From the NCBI GenBank assembly GCA_040954595.2, contig CM082598.2, positions 7,145,097-7,209,096 on the forward strand: a DNA stretch of 64,000 nt, given 5' to 3'. The stretch comes from Balanoglossus misakiensis. Its lineage: Eukaryota; Animalia; Hemichordata. The notes below the pieces were generated by a model that saw only the letters and a program-made list of their open reading frames with translations, was not told the DNA's origin and did not search any database. Of the stretch, positions 1-11,206 are shown piece by piece (position 1 is the first letter of the stretch; each line of letters opens with the position of its first letter). The translations under genes were made by a program, and so were the position numbers.

Positions 1-245
1 TCTCAGTTTAGCTAATTGACAATTTTTTCAAATTGGCCTGCAAGGTATACTACATGAACCCCCCCCCCCTTCCCCCGCGATTTTAGGGATTAATCACTCG
101 CTATATTATGAACATTCACATGAAAATTATGCAACCAAATTGAAGGTATTCTGGAGGCATCTTCTGATGTCAGGTGGTTCAAATCTACCAATACCTAAGC
201 TGGAAACATAACTTTTCATTGGTGTTCGTATATGGCGAATAAAAA

Positions 246-1763
246 AAATAGCGTCAAGGACACTGTGGTCCCATTTGAGGACATAGCACATAGCAACATA
301 GCAATAAGCATATCAGCTCTGGATACCAAGATATGGAAAAGTAGGCCAAAGGTCACCTGAGGTCATGCAGAATTTGGGCAAGAAATTTTGACCCTATACT
401 GGTCCATGTTCAATAAAAACCAAACCTATAGCCCTATTGGTTAGCCTGGAATTAGGTATGCACATAATTAATGAGATATGCAGGTGTCACAGGTGACCCC
501 TAATTTTGGCTTTTCAATTTTAGTCCCAACCCTCCAAACGCCAAGTCTGTACCTGCTCTGGATGCCAAGATATGATAAAGCAGGTCAAAGGTCACCTGAG
601 GTCATGCAAAATTTGGGCAAGAAATTTTGACCTTATACTGGTCCATGTTCAACAAAAAACAAACCTATAGCCCTATTGGTTAGCCTGGAATTAGGTATGC
701 ACATAATTAATGAGATATGCAGGTGTCACAGGTGACCCCTAATTTTGGCTTTTCAATTTTAGTCCCAACCCTCCAAACGCTAAGTCTGTACCTGCTCTGG
801 ATGCCAAGATATGATAAAGTAGGTCAAAGGTCACCTGAGGTTATGCAAAATTTGGGCAAGAAATTTTGACCTTATACTGGTCCATGTTCAATAAAAACCA
901 AACCTATAGCCTTATTGGTTAGCCTGGAATTAGGTATGCACATAATTAATAAGATATGCAGGTGTCACAGGTGACCCTCAATTTTGGCTTTTCAATTTTA
1001 GTCCCAACCCTCCAAACGCCAAGTCTTTACCTGCTCTGGATGCCCAGATATAGGAAAGTAGGTCAAAGGTCACCTGAGGTCACCCCAAATTTGGGCAAGA
1101 AATTTTGACCCTAAACTGGTCCATGTCCCACAAGAACGAAACCTCTAGCCCAATTAGTTAGCCCGGAATTAGGTATGCACATAATTAATGTGTTAAGCAG
1201 GTGTTACAGGTGAGCCCAAAAATTTGTCTTTTATTTTGGCCCCATTGTGCTCACTGACCAATAGACAGTCACTGTACAGGACTATTGCACAGACCAGAAT
1301 TCCACAATAAGACGTGGACATAGCTTAACCATAGAGGTATAAGTAAAGGTATAAATTTAATGAAAAGACTAAAAAATTCATAAAAAATAAAACATCCATG
1401 ATATCAACTCAACACTTACAGGTCAGTGTGAGGTTGACATAAGGTACATGCATACCAATTTTCAAAGCAATCTGACCAGTAGTTGTTGACTTACAGAGTT
1501 TTGATCAATTTCACATTTTTCCAGCTAATTTGCATATTTTTGGGCCTGGCAACTTCGTTTGGACAAACTCCCATCTACAGCCCTGCCTGCACCTACACAC
1601 CAAATATTGAGGTGATACGCGCAGCGGTTTTCAAGTTTTTGATGTGGACGGACATACAGACATACATCCATACATCCATACATCCATCCATACATACATA
1701 CAGACGCAACCCATCCCATAAGGTCCCATGGTATATAGGCCTATACCAATGGGACCTAAAAAA
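246..1763 (+). mobile_element. Non-autonomous Helentron-type element (HINE/DINE-1-like) with internal 239-bp tandem array
   Basis: 5' subterminal motif GGTCCCAT (267-274) is complementary to the distal arm of a 3' hairpin AGGTCCCATGGTATA...TATACCAATGGGACCT (1721-1757). A (CATA/CATC)n microsatellite and GGACGGAC precede the hairpin, and A-runs flank both ends. This layout is typical of HINEs. Boundaries approximate. Confidence 0.7.
316..1230 (+). repeat. 239-bp tandem repeat, ~3.8 copies
   Basis: GCTCTGGAT recurs at 316, 555, 794 and 1033 (period 239); units are highly similar. Confidence 0.95.
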
Positions 1764-2099
1764 TATATTCTTTTCTCATATTTTCAGAAATAAACAATTT
1801 GAAGAAGATTCTTTTTGATATGTCCTTCTAAAACAACTTGTATCCTATTTAGCCACTTTAGGCCTACTCAACAAAATGCTGTGTTTACATTTACCATTAA
1901 TAAGTCCTATTTTTACCTGTATATCATGTAAAAATCGAATCATGCAACTGCACATTATGCGATCAGGATTGACATTCTTGAAGTCAATAATAAACTGATC
2001 TTCTAACTGATTTCCTGTATTGGGTAGCATGGGTGTTGCTCAATTCCAGGAAGAGTGTTTTGTCAAGAAAATAGGAAAAGTAGCAAAATTTCCTAAATG

Positions 2100-2170
2100 A
2101 AAAAAAAAATCTAGTGTGAATTAACAAAGCGAAAAAAAAAATCTAGTGTGAATTAACAAAGCGAAAAAAA
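2100..2170. repeat. 32-bp tandem duplication
   Basis: AAAAAAAAATCTAGTGTGAATTAACAAAGCG occurs twice in direct succession. Confidence 0.85.
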
Positions 2171-2193
2171 CTTGAGTGTGGATTCTCAGTATA

Positions 2194-3830
2194 CTCAGAG
2201 TTGACAAACTGTGCAATGAATGGGATATTCAATTTGCCTTATTTGCAGGTTTCCACATTTACTTTAACTCTGACTGGGAGCTTCGTGAGGCAACACTTTT
2301 ATTAAGCATGGGAAATTGTATTGTGAACATTATTCTCAGAGTTGAGAAACTGTGCAATGAATGGGATATTCAATTTGCCTTATTTGCAGGCTTCCACATT
2401 TACTTTAACTCTGACTGGGAGCTTCGTGAGGCAACACTTTTATTAAGCATGGGAAATTGTATTGTGAACATTATTCTCAGAGTTGACAAACTATGCAATG
2501 AATGGGATATTCAATTTGCCTTATTTGCAGGCTTCCACATTTACTTAAACTCTGACACGGAGCTTCGTGAGTTAACACCTTTATTAAGCATGGGAAATGG
2601 TATTGTGAACATTATTCTCAGAGTTGACAAACTATGCAATGAATGGGATATTCAAGTTGCCTTATTTGCAGGTTTCCACATTTACTTTAACTCTGACTGG
2701 GAGCTTCGTGAGGCAACACTTTTATTAAGCATGGGAAATTGTATTGTGAACATTATTCTCAGAGTTGAGAAACTGTGCAATGAATGGGATATTCAATTTG
2801 CCTTATTTGCAGGTTTCCACATTTACTTTAACTCTGACTGGGAGCTTCGTGAGGCAACACTTTTATTAAGCATGGGAAATTGTATTGTGAACATTATTCT
2901 CAGAGTTGAGAAACTGTGCAATGAATGGGATATTCAAGTTGCCTTATTTGCAGGTTTCCACATTTACTTTAACTCTGACTGGGAGCTTCGTGAGGCAACA
3001 CTTTTATTAAGCATGGGAAATGGTATTGTGAACATTATTCTCAGAGTTGAGAAACTGTGCAATGAATGCGATATTCAAGTTGCCTTATTTGCAGGTTTCC
3101 ACATTTACTTTAACTCTGACTGGGAGCTTCGTGAGGCAACACTTTTATTAAGCATGGGAAATTGTATTGTGAACATTATTCTCAGAGTTGAGAAACTGTG
3201 CAATGAATGGGATATTCAAGTTGCCTTATTTGCAGGTTTCCACATTTACTTTAACTCTGACTGGGAGCTTCGTGAGGCAACACTTTTATTAAGCATGGGA
3301 AATGGTATTGTGAACATTATTCTCAGAGTTGAGAAACTGTGCAATGAATGGGATATTCAATTTGCCTTATTTGCAGGTTTCCACATTTACTTTAACTCTG
3401 ACTAGGAGCTTCGTGAGGCAACACCTTTATTAAGCATGGGAAATGGTATTGTGAACATTATTCTCAGAGTTGACAAACTATGCAATGAATGGGATATTTA
3501 AGTTGCCTTATTTGCAGGTTTCCACATTTACTTTAACTCTGACACGGAGCTTCGTGAGTTAACACCTTTATTAAGCATGGGAAATGGTATTGTGAACATT
3601 ATTCTCAGAGTTGAGAAACTGTGCAATGAATGAGATATCCAAATGCCTAATATCCATGTCGCCACCTTTATGTAAACTCTGACTGGGAGTTAATTAAGGC
3701 AGAGTATTGGAATTTCATGTTGCAACATACTTTCATTAAGCATGGAAAATGGTCATATGAACACTATTCTCAGAGTTGACCCATTTGCACGTTTTCACAT
3801 TTACTCTGACTGGGAACTTAGTAAGGCAGC
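2194..3830 (+). repeat. 141-bp minisatellite, 10 near-identical units plus a degenerate tail
   Basis: CTCAGAGTTGA recurs at 2194, 2335 ... 3604 (period 141 = 47 codons), which produces the repetitive 409-aa ORF 2176..3405. Confidence 0.95.
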
Positions 3831-3941
3831 ATATTGGAAGGTCATGTTACCACATACACATCACTTTTTTTAGTCATGGTTCAAAATGTTTGTTTTCAGC
3901 CAAAATATATACCGGTGAAAATAAAATATTCCACAGAAATA

Positions 3942-4178
3942 GATTTGATGAATAAACTTAAACGCCCTTATCACAAAATAAGAATTAATACTGACTTCCT
4001 CAAAGACGTAATGTGGTGGTTAAACTTTGCTACACGTTTTAATGGCAAGGCAAAAATTATCGACAAGGAAGCAATTCCGCAATGTTGTCTACAAACGGAC
4101 GCCTCATTTACAGGGTATGGTGCTTATTTTGACAGCGACTGGATGGCAGGGGCATGGCACCAAGATACAGTTCCCTGA
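3942..4178 (+). pseudogene. Fragment of DIRS/Ngaro-type RT connection and RNase H N-terminus
   Basis: LMNKLKRPYHKIRINTDFLKDVMWWLNFATRFNG...LQTDASFTGYGA aligns by eye with ILRKLQRNHHHFHVNKELKKDVDWWTYYLPLYNG...LTTDACLQGAGG of the RT ORF at 60537; includes the RNase H TDA(S) motif. Confidence 0.8.
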
Positions 4179-4764
4179 AAATGTTTTGTAATTTACTCAG
4201 ACAGTACACAGACAATTTCCTTTGTTAACAAAGGCAAATGCCACAATGCACTTGCAAAGGGATGGCTGTGTCTTTTGTTTCTTGGGGCCTTTTGGTAAGA
4301 GAGACAGGCAAAACGATATTGGGAAATAAATGTGGTTGACCATAATAAGACCTACAATATAGCTATCAGAATCAATATCTGTGATCTGGTAAATTTCAAA
4401 CACAGTCATACCATGGTATCAACAGTTTCAGGTGGACTTGTACTCACTCTGAGACTGCAGATTTTACAAATGTAAGAAAGCTACAAGTTATAATTTTTGT
4501 CACTGTAAAATATTTGTAATAATTGAAGCTGAATTCTAGCTTCTTAAAAAAATACAACTGATGTCACAAAATGCTCTAAATCATCCTGAAAAGTATTAAA
4601 TAACACAAAAGAAACATGCACATCCTGCATAAACTATATAATCTTCTGAATTGGTTTATAATTAATATCTACTGATGAAACCATGTATTGATTTTTTTCA
4701 AGTTCAAAACATCTGGAGTGGCACATAAAAAGAAACTGTACAACACAGGTTTTTGTGTCAATCC

Positions 4765-5592
4765 TTTTTTAGCTCGGCTGTCACTTGTGTCAGCTGAGCT
4801 GTAGCAGTAGGTTGATTAGTGTCCGTCCGTCGTCCGTTGTCTGTCGTCCGTCGTCCGTCAACTTTTGGTATTTCAATCTTCTACTTTAAAACAACTTGGC
4901 ATATTTAGCTGAAATTTGGTTGGAATGTGTGTTATGGTGCCCTTCACTGATTTTGTTAATTTGGACGTGGTGGGGTCATGAATATGCAAATTAGATCTAA
5001 AAATAGAATTTTTGGTAAAAATCTTCTTCTCCACAACTACATGTACAATGGAGCTGAAATTTGGTAGGAATGTGTGTTATGGGGCCCCTACCTGATTTTG
5101 TAAATTTGGATTTGATGGGGTCATTAATATGCAAATTAGATCTAAAAATAGAATTTTTGGTACAAATCTTCTTCTCCACAACTACATGTACAATGGAGCT
5201 GAAATTTGGTAGGAATGTGTGTTATGGGGCCCCTACCTGATTTTGTAAATTTGGATTTGATGGGGTCATTAATATGCAAATTAGATCTAAAAATAGAATT
5301 TTTGGTAAAAAATATTTTTCTCCATAACTACATGTACGATAGAGCTGAAATTTGGTAGGAATGTGTGTTATGGTGTCCCTACCTGATTTTGTTAATTTGG
5401 ATTTGATGGGGTCATAAATATGCAAATAAGATCTAAAAATAGATGTTTTGGTAAAAAATCTTCTTCCTAACTACATGTACGATGGAGCTGAAATTTGGTA
5501 GGAATGTATGTTATGGTGTCCCTACCTGATTTTGTTAATTTGGATTTGATGGGGTCATCAATATGCAAATTAGATCTAAAAATAGAATTTTA
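4765..5592 (-). mobile_element. Hairpin end of a HINE-like element with ~145-bp internal tandem repeat (~4.7 copies)
   Basis: T-run, hairpin AGCTCGGCTG...CAGCTGAGCT (4771-4800), (GTCC/GTC)n microsatellite (4820-4860), then (G)AGCTGAAATTTGG at ~4906, 5051, 5196, 5342 and 5485. Confidence 0.75.
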
Positions 5593-6678
5593 TGGGGTCA
5601 AAAAAATTTGCCCAAATTTTGGGTGACCTCAGATGACCTTTGACCTACTTTCCTATATCTCGGCATACAGAGCAGGTACAGACTTGGCGTTTTGAGGGTT
5701 GGGGCTAAAATTTAAAAGCCGAAATGGGGGTCACCTGTGACACCTGCATATCTCATTAATTATGCACATACCTAATTCTAGGCGAACCAATAGGGCTATA
5801 GGTTTTGTTTTTGTTGAACATGGACAAGTATGGGGTCAAAATTTCTTGCCCAAATTTTTGGTGACCTTAGGTGACCTTTGACCTACTTTACCATATCTCT
5901 GTATCCAGAGCAGGTACAGCCTTGGTATTTGGAAGGATGGAACTCCTAATGGAGTCTTACACTTTACCTCATTAATTATGTGCATACCTAATTCTAGGCG
6001 AACCAATAAGGCTAGAGGTCTGGTTTTTGTTGGATCTGGATTAGTAAAGGGTCAAAATTTCTTGCCCAAATTTTGGGTGACCTTAGGTGACCTTTGACCT
6101 ACTTTACCATATCTCGGTATCCAGAGCAGGTACAGCCTTGGTATTTGGAGGGATGGAACTCCTAATGGAGTCTAACACTTTACCTCATTAATTATGTGCA
6201 TACCTAATTCTAGGCGAACCAATAAGGCTAGAGGTCTGGTTTTTGTTGGACCTGGATAAGTATAGGGTCAAAATTTCTTGCCCAAATTTTGGTGACCTTT
6301 GACATTCTTCTGCATAACTCGGCACCCAGAGTAGGTACAGTACGGATGGGACCAAAATAAGAAACCAAATTTAAAGGTCACCTGTGACACCTACTTAACT
6401 CATTAATTATGTGCATACCTAATTCCAGGCTAACTAATAGGGGTTGAGGTTTCGTTCTTGTGGGACATGGACCAGTATAGGGTCAAAATTATTACCCAAA
6501 TTTCTGGTGACCTCACATGACCTTTGATGTAAATATGACGGAAATGCGAAATACTACATAAATTAAAAGTCTGCTGACTTTATATTTGGTAAGAATAAGC
6601 ACACACCTGTAATGATTACCGCTATGTGCTATGTGCAATGTTGGCTTGTGCCCGCTATTGCTGCTTGGCAGCTATATT
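5592..6678 (-). mobile_element. Opposite end of a Helentron-type element with inverted copies of the 239-bp repeat family (one ~240-bp unit, then ~216-bp units)
   Basis: Reverse complement of the 316-1230 repeat; GGGTCAAAA at ~5595, 5833, 6049, 6265 and 6480. Ends in GCTTGTGCCCGCTATTGCTGCTTGGCAGCTATATT, resembling the terminus at 24109-24144. Confidence 0.75.
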
Positions 6679-7919
6679 GATGTCTATGTTTGGTTTTGTT
6701 TAATAGAATACAATTGTTATAAATTAAAACCTATGGTATTCTGTATTCATATCATTGCCCAGGTTACACTGTTAAAGTCAGCAGAGCTCTTTTGACCAAT
6801 AGGTCACTTGTTTAGTTTTTGTTTCTGGAATAAATAATTCTTTTTTTGGCAAACCAGTATATATTTCTAAAAAATCTGAGTGCACAATCTATAAAAAAAG
6901 ATTAACTGCTCACTGATTTGGACAACATGTTGTACAACACTGAACAAGATAAACAATGAAAGTGTGATTGCATTCATAAATTGGCCACCTTATGAAAAGT
7001 ACATTTATTACATGCTTACCCATAAATATTTAAATTACAATATGCAAAGGGCAGAGGTATCATTTTTGCTCTATTTATGTTGAAAACTGACAGCAACTCG
7101 AAAAAACCTACATGGAGTTTAATTTTAAGGAGGCCTTATTCTATCAATAAAAGTGATTGTGAGCCGTAAAATCACACCCATGTCCTACCTTGAAAGTAAA
7201 ACAGAATGTCTTGCAGACTAATGATAAATCTGTGCAAGGCTAGAGACGTAATTTCAATTCTTTCATCAAACAGCTGAGGTAAGTTCCACCTGTTGTATGA
7301 AGGATAACAGATGTACTTCATTTGCCAGTTGCACTAACTAAAACATGTTGAATTCAATGTCCTGTTTCTATCTCAAAATGAAACTTCAATAGCTTTAAAA
7401 TAAACTTGCCACTTTACAGGTCGGCCATTTTTACAGAAATATGAAATTTATTCATTCGAGGTAATTTACATCCCTAACCTCAACTTCTAGTGTGAATTGA
7501 TATATCACATTAAATTCATGGGTTGGAATCTGAGTGTCATTTCACCTCCTACTGACAATGTTGTTTCCTGTCTAGATATCAACTTTCATATAAGATGAAT
7601 GGTAACCATAAATAACTGAACTGGACATAGTCAGAAGCCTAGACACTCTGTGAACTGTCAATGTCAAACTTTGTTTTAATAATTACGGCAGTCTTCTAAA
7701 AGGAAGGTGTTCAGTAATACATCAGGTAGCATGAACCTATGTTTCATACCCCACCCCAACCCAACCCTTGGTGCCAAGAGACAACTGCTTGCCTCAGTTC
7801 ACCTGACCGGCACCATGGTGCCACACATTGACAGTGTGCAGTGTGATCCTAATGCCATTATCATTAGTATCCCAGCATTACATGTAAATAACTTTGGAAT
7901 ACAAAATGATTCACCTCTG

Positions 7920-8102
7920 TTTTTAGGTCCCATTGGTATATACCATGGGACCTATTGGGATCGGTTGCTTCTGTATGTATGTATGTATGTATGTATGTAT
8001 GTATGTATGTATGTATGTATGTATGTATGTATGTATGTATGTATGTATGTATGTATGTATGTCCGTCCACATCAGAAACTTGAAAACCGCTGTGTGTATC
8101 AC
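7920..8102 (-). mobile_element. Truncated 3' end of the same HINE family as 246-1763, with expanded (TATG)n
   Basis: Reverse complement of ~1612-1762: hairpin AGGTCCCATTGGTATATACCATGGGACCT, ~22 x TATG, then GTCCGTCCACATCAGAAACTTGAAAACCGCTG. Confidence 0.85.
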
Positions 8103-8641
8103 TGTGATGTTTTTATTAAAGCTTCACTAGCAGTAATGTTCATGTTTTTATATTTCATAAATGCCCACTGCTAAAAATAACACCTAGCTATGTGCAATGA
8201 ACAGGTCATTTTTTCCAATTCAAATCACATCCTTCAACTTGAAGATAAATCTGGAGGGAACTAAAGAGCTGTTTCTACCTTCTAATGAAATGAAACTTTA
8301 GTCATGTGCAGGTGCACTTAAAAATAGTCTTATTTTCAGTATATTGTCTATGTCTTGTTTGAGAACAGTTTTTCACACATTTGTTTTACGTTGTATCACA
8401 GGTCAGAGGTTGCCAGAGCATCTGCACATGGCCTAATCTTTCAGTCTGTGCTCCTCTACTAGCGCATATAAAATCTATCTTCAAAATAATTTTAATTTAT
8501 CTCTGCTGAAAGATCATCATTGGGGCAAAGCGCCCACATAGGAATGAACAATAGATTTTAATGGGAGCCCCAAGACTGTTCTTTGGATAAAATCTACAAA
8601 CTTTACAATTGTGTGCATGTTTTGCCAATCGAAAACATAAT

Positions 8642-8741
8642 TTAAGCATTATTACTTAGCGAATGACAGTCCATCAAGGGACTGTTGGTGAATAAACTAT
8701 CCTCTGTTACATATACTGCAACTCTGGGAAATTTGTCCAAC
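8642..8741 (-). CDS. Cyclin-like terminal exon 5
   Basis: Acceptor TTATCTTTAG; phase 2 matches exon 4. LDKFPRVAVYVTEDSLFTNSPLMDCHSLSNNA*; KF..VA resembles the motif ending cyclin A/B proteins. Confidence 0.6.
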
Positions 8742-8933
8742 CTAAAGATAACTCCCACTTTTCTCATAAACTATCTACTGCTCACTGATTAGTTAAAAAC
8801 TGACCTCCCCCACCCCTTCACATACAAAACATGGATGTGGCACATTTTGTTTAATATCTGGTACACAAATCTTGGCTAAGCCTAAAATATAAACTCAAAT
8901 AAAAATAAGTATGTATGTAAATTTTCTACTTAC

Positions 8934-9063
8934 TGAGCATGCTGCAAGGGAATGGCTCTTTCCCCTAAACCTCTTGCATTTAGTTCAATAGTTACCAGAT
9001 CCCTGTACAGTTTTCTACACTCTTCTTCAGTCATAGTCTCTGCCCAGCATGGAAATAAACATC
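8934..9063 (-). CDS. Cyclin-like exon 4 (needs +1 nt to stay in frame)
   Basis: Acceptor CATTATTACAG, donor CA|GTAAGT. LFPCWAETMTEEECRKLYRDLVTIELNARGLGERAIPLQHA resembles cyclin A DLHQTYLKAPQHAQQSIREKY. Confidence 0.65.
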
Positions 9064-9485
9064 CTGTAATAATGAAATGTGGCAATAATGACACATACAT
9101 TTTTAACATAAACATTCAGAATGCAGTGTTTTAATTTTTTTCTTGAAGAACCCCAATAGATCTATGTTAAATGATATATTGTGAATGCCTATAAAAGTTA
9201 TTGTGGCATATCGATGCGTCCTTTATCAAAGAAATTTTGTAGCAAAATATTAATGATAAAGCATTCAATGTTGCATAACTGAGTCTAAGATGTAGCATGC
9301 CTCTTTACTCTTGTAATTCCCACTCCAAATTGCCTCTCTCGCAGTACCGGGGTATTCACCATTCAGTGTGTACGGTCACTGTATCATTATGAACAAGACT
9401 TGATAAAAACAGAATGGTCATAAGTAAGGTTATAAGTTATGCTTGAGTAGAATATCAACAACACTAAGTTCCAGAAGAAACTTAC

Positions 9486-9599
9486 TTCCAGTTGATCCTC
9501 AGTCAGTGCTGCAGCCAGCAGCATACACCCCTCTGCTATGTGGTGGGGTGTATGCTGCTGACGAATATCCATGCTAAGCAGTGTTAGGTCTGCCAGATA
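9486..9599 (-). CDS. Cyclin-like exon 3 (C-terminal cyclin fold)
   Basis: Acceptor TTTTGTTATAG, donor GAA|GTAAGT; 114 bp, phase 0-0. YLADLTLLSMDIRQQHTPHHIAEGCMLLAAALTEDQLE. Confidence 0.8.
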
Positions 9600-9746
9600 C
9601 TATAACAAAATGAAAAATTAATGAAGTCATGTACTAATTAGTCATTATGCCAAAATACTGGCACCAATTAAACAATTTGCTCAAGCTGACTGTAAACAGA
9701 ATCCATTGTTAGAAGACTACTGACAGATGAACTCTAAATTTCTCAC

Positions 9747-9954
9747 CTTGGCAACTTGCCTAGTATCCTCTTGGATCTGTGAATGCGACTCCCACAGATA
9801 CCCCAGAAAGGTTGCCACTGAAACTGTGGATAATTTTAAATCTAATAATTTCATTATCCACAGCTCCATCTGGCAAACCTCCCTGGGAGTAAATGTGTTT
9901 GCCTTGTAATCTGAGAAAACCGTGGCTTTGTATACTTCAACTTCACGAAGTTTG
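9747..9954 (-). CDS. Cyclin-like exon 2
   Basis: Acceptor TTTCTTTCAATAACAG, donor AAG|GTGAG; phase matches exon 1. KLREVEVYKATVFSDYKANTFTPREVCQMELWIMKLLDLKLSTVSVATFLGYLW...VAK. Confidence 0.85.
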
Positions 9955-10428
9955 CTGTTATTGAAAGAAAGAAAATAATATAGCTTTGTATACAATTATG
10001 TGTTCATACGTTATTTTAAACAGAAAAAAACATTAAATCTATGTACTAAGGGCGCTTCAGATTTGCTAATCAAAATTATTTCTTTATTCTAAGTCTAATA
10101 TCAAAATCGAACAATTTATCAGAGGTAACAACAAAAAGAAAGCATTATCAAACTTGTCTAGTGAGGGCGCTTCAGCTTGAACAATGCATAGTCTGGTCCA
10201 CTGCTTTATTTTCACCACTGGCTGGCGCTGCTCAAAAACAGGGTCGGGCATGGGGCAGCGACTTAGCCAGATTTTTTTACTACATAGTGAGGATATTGAG
10301 AAGACTGACAAGTTACAACGCGCATCTGTGCTTTGGATGTCAAATCATAACTATATTTTTGAAACTTATTATTCAACAAAATCAAACACAAAATTAATCA
10401 TAGTCAATCACTATACACTGATGCCTTA

Positions 10429-11202
10429 GGCTGCATTCACAGACACCTCTGGAGGGGAGGGGAGAAATTCAATTTTTTTACCGTTAATTTTCACATGCTC
10501 CCCGTGCACAACCCGAAATAGTTCAAATCCCCCCCCCTTCCGAACTGCTAAAATTTTGAAATCCCCCCTACTTTCTTTCACACAGCACCTATCTATCTTG
10601 TAAAAAAGAAAAACAGCGCTCCCATGAAAATAATTTGAAACTGATGTTTTTCCTCATCAGTGGGTATTAAAACTGAACATTGTTTATATTTGTAAAGTAT
10701 TTGTATAGTGTGTTGGCAGACATTGTAAAACGAAAAGTGACGGGGGTGGGTGTCCCCCTCCCACGTAAGAAAATTTTATAAAATACAGAGCTCAAAGCTG
10801 CATTTTAATGAACCCAAAAGCAAATTTAACTCAACTACTGGTATGTTGGGGAGGACAAATTAAACCTTCCCAGCGCAAAGTTAGCATGGGGTGGGGGGGG
10901 GGGGGCAAGTCCACTGACCTGGGACTCTAGATAAACCAGTCAATGATTGAAAGGTGTTGATGAATGACTGGGGTGGGTGTGGGAGGGTGTCCCCCTCCCA
11001 CATTAGAAAAAAAAAAGTATTATGAAGGGTTCAAAACTGCATATTTGTGGACTCAAAATAAATATTTAGTCCTCAAAGTTTTCAAGTCCCCCCCTTTCAG
11101 TCCCTAAATTATTTCAAATCCCCCCTTACATACCCTCAATTTTTTCAAATCCCCCCCTCAATTCTCCTGCCCCCCCCTCCAGAGGTGTTTGTGAATGCAG
11201 CC
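10429..11202. mobile_element. PIF/Harbinger-type MITE (774 bp) in the cyclin intron
   Basis: ~29-bp terminal inverted repeats GGCTGCATTCACA(G/A)ACACCTCTGGAGGGG; 3-bp TTA target duplication at 10426-10428 and 11203-11205; no coding capacity. Confidence 0.9.
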
Positions 11203-11206
11203 TTAC

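Noticed and set aside
1483-1818. ORFs containing YIHTSIHPSIH / MYGWMYG
   Set aside because: Translation of the HINE microsatellite.
1845-2050. Possible minus-strand exon ending ...FLHDIQ|GTAAAA
   Set aside because: Donor-like site present, but no convincing acceptor, partner exon or recognisable homology.
4197-4460. Minus-strand 70-aa Cys-containing ORF
   Set aside because: No recognisable family and splice context ambiguous.
316-6530. CRISPR-like reading of the tandem arrays
   Set aside because: Units repeat over their whole length with no unique spacers; no cas genes; eukaryotic context.
7707-8174. ORFs with (YVCM)n / (YIHT)n
   Set aside because: Translation of (TATG)n.
8390-8480. Alternative last exon for the cyclin-like gene
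   Set aside because: Exon 8741-8642 has a better acceptor, matching phase and a cyclin-like KF..VA motif.
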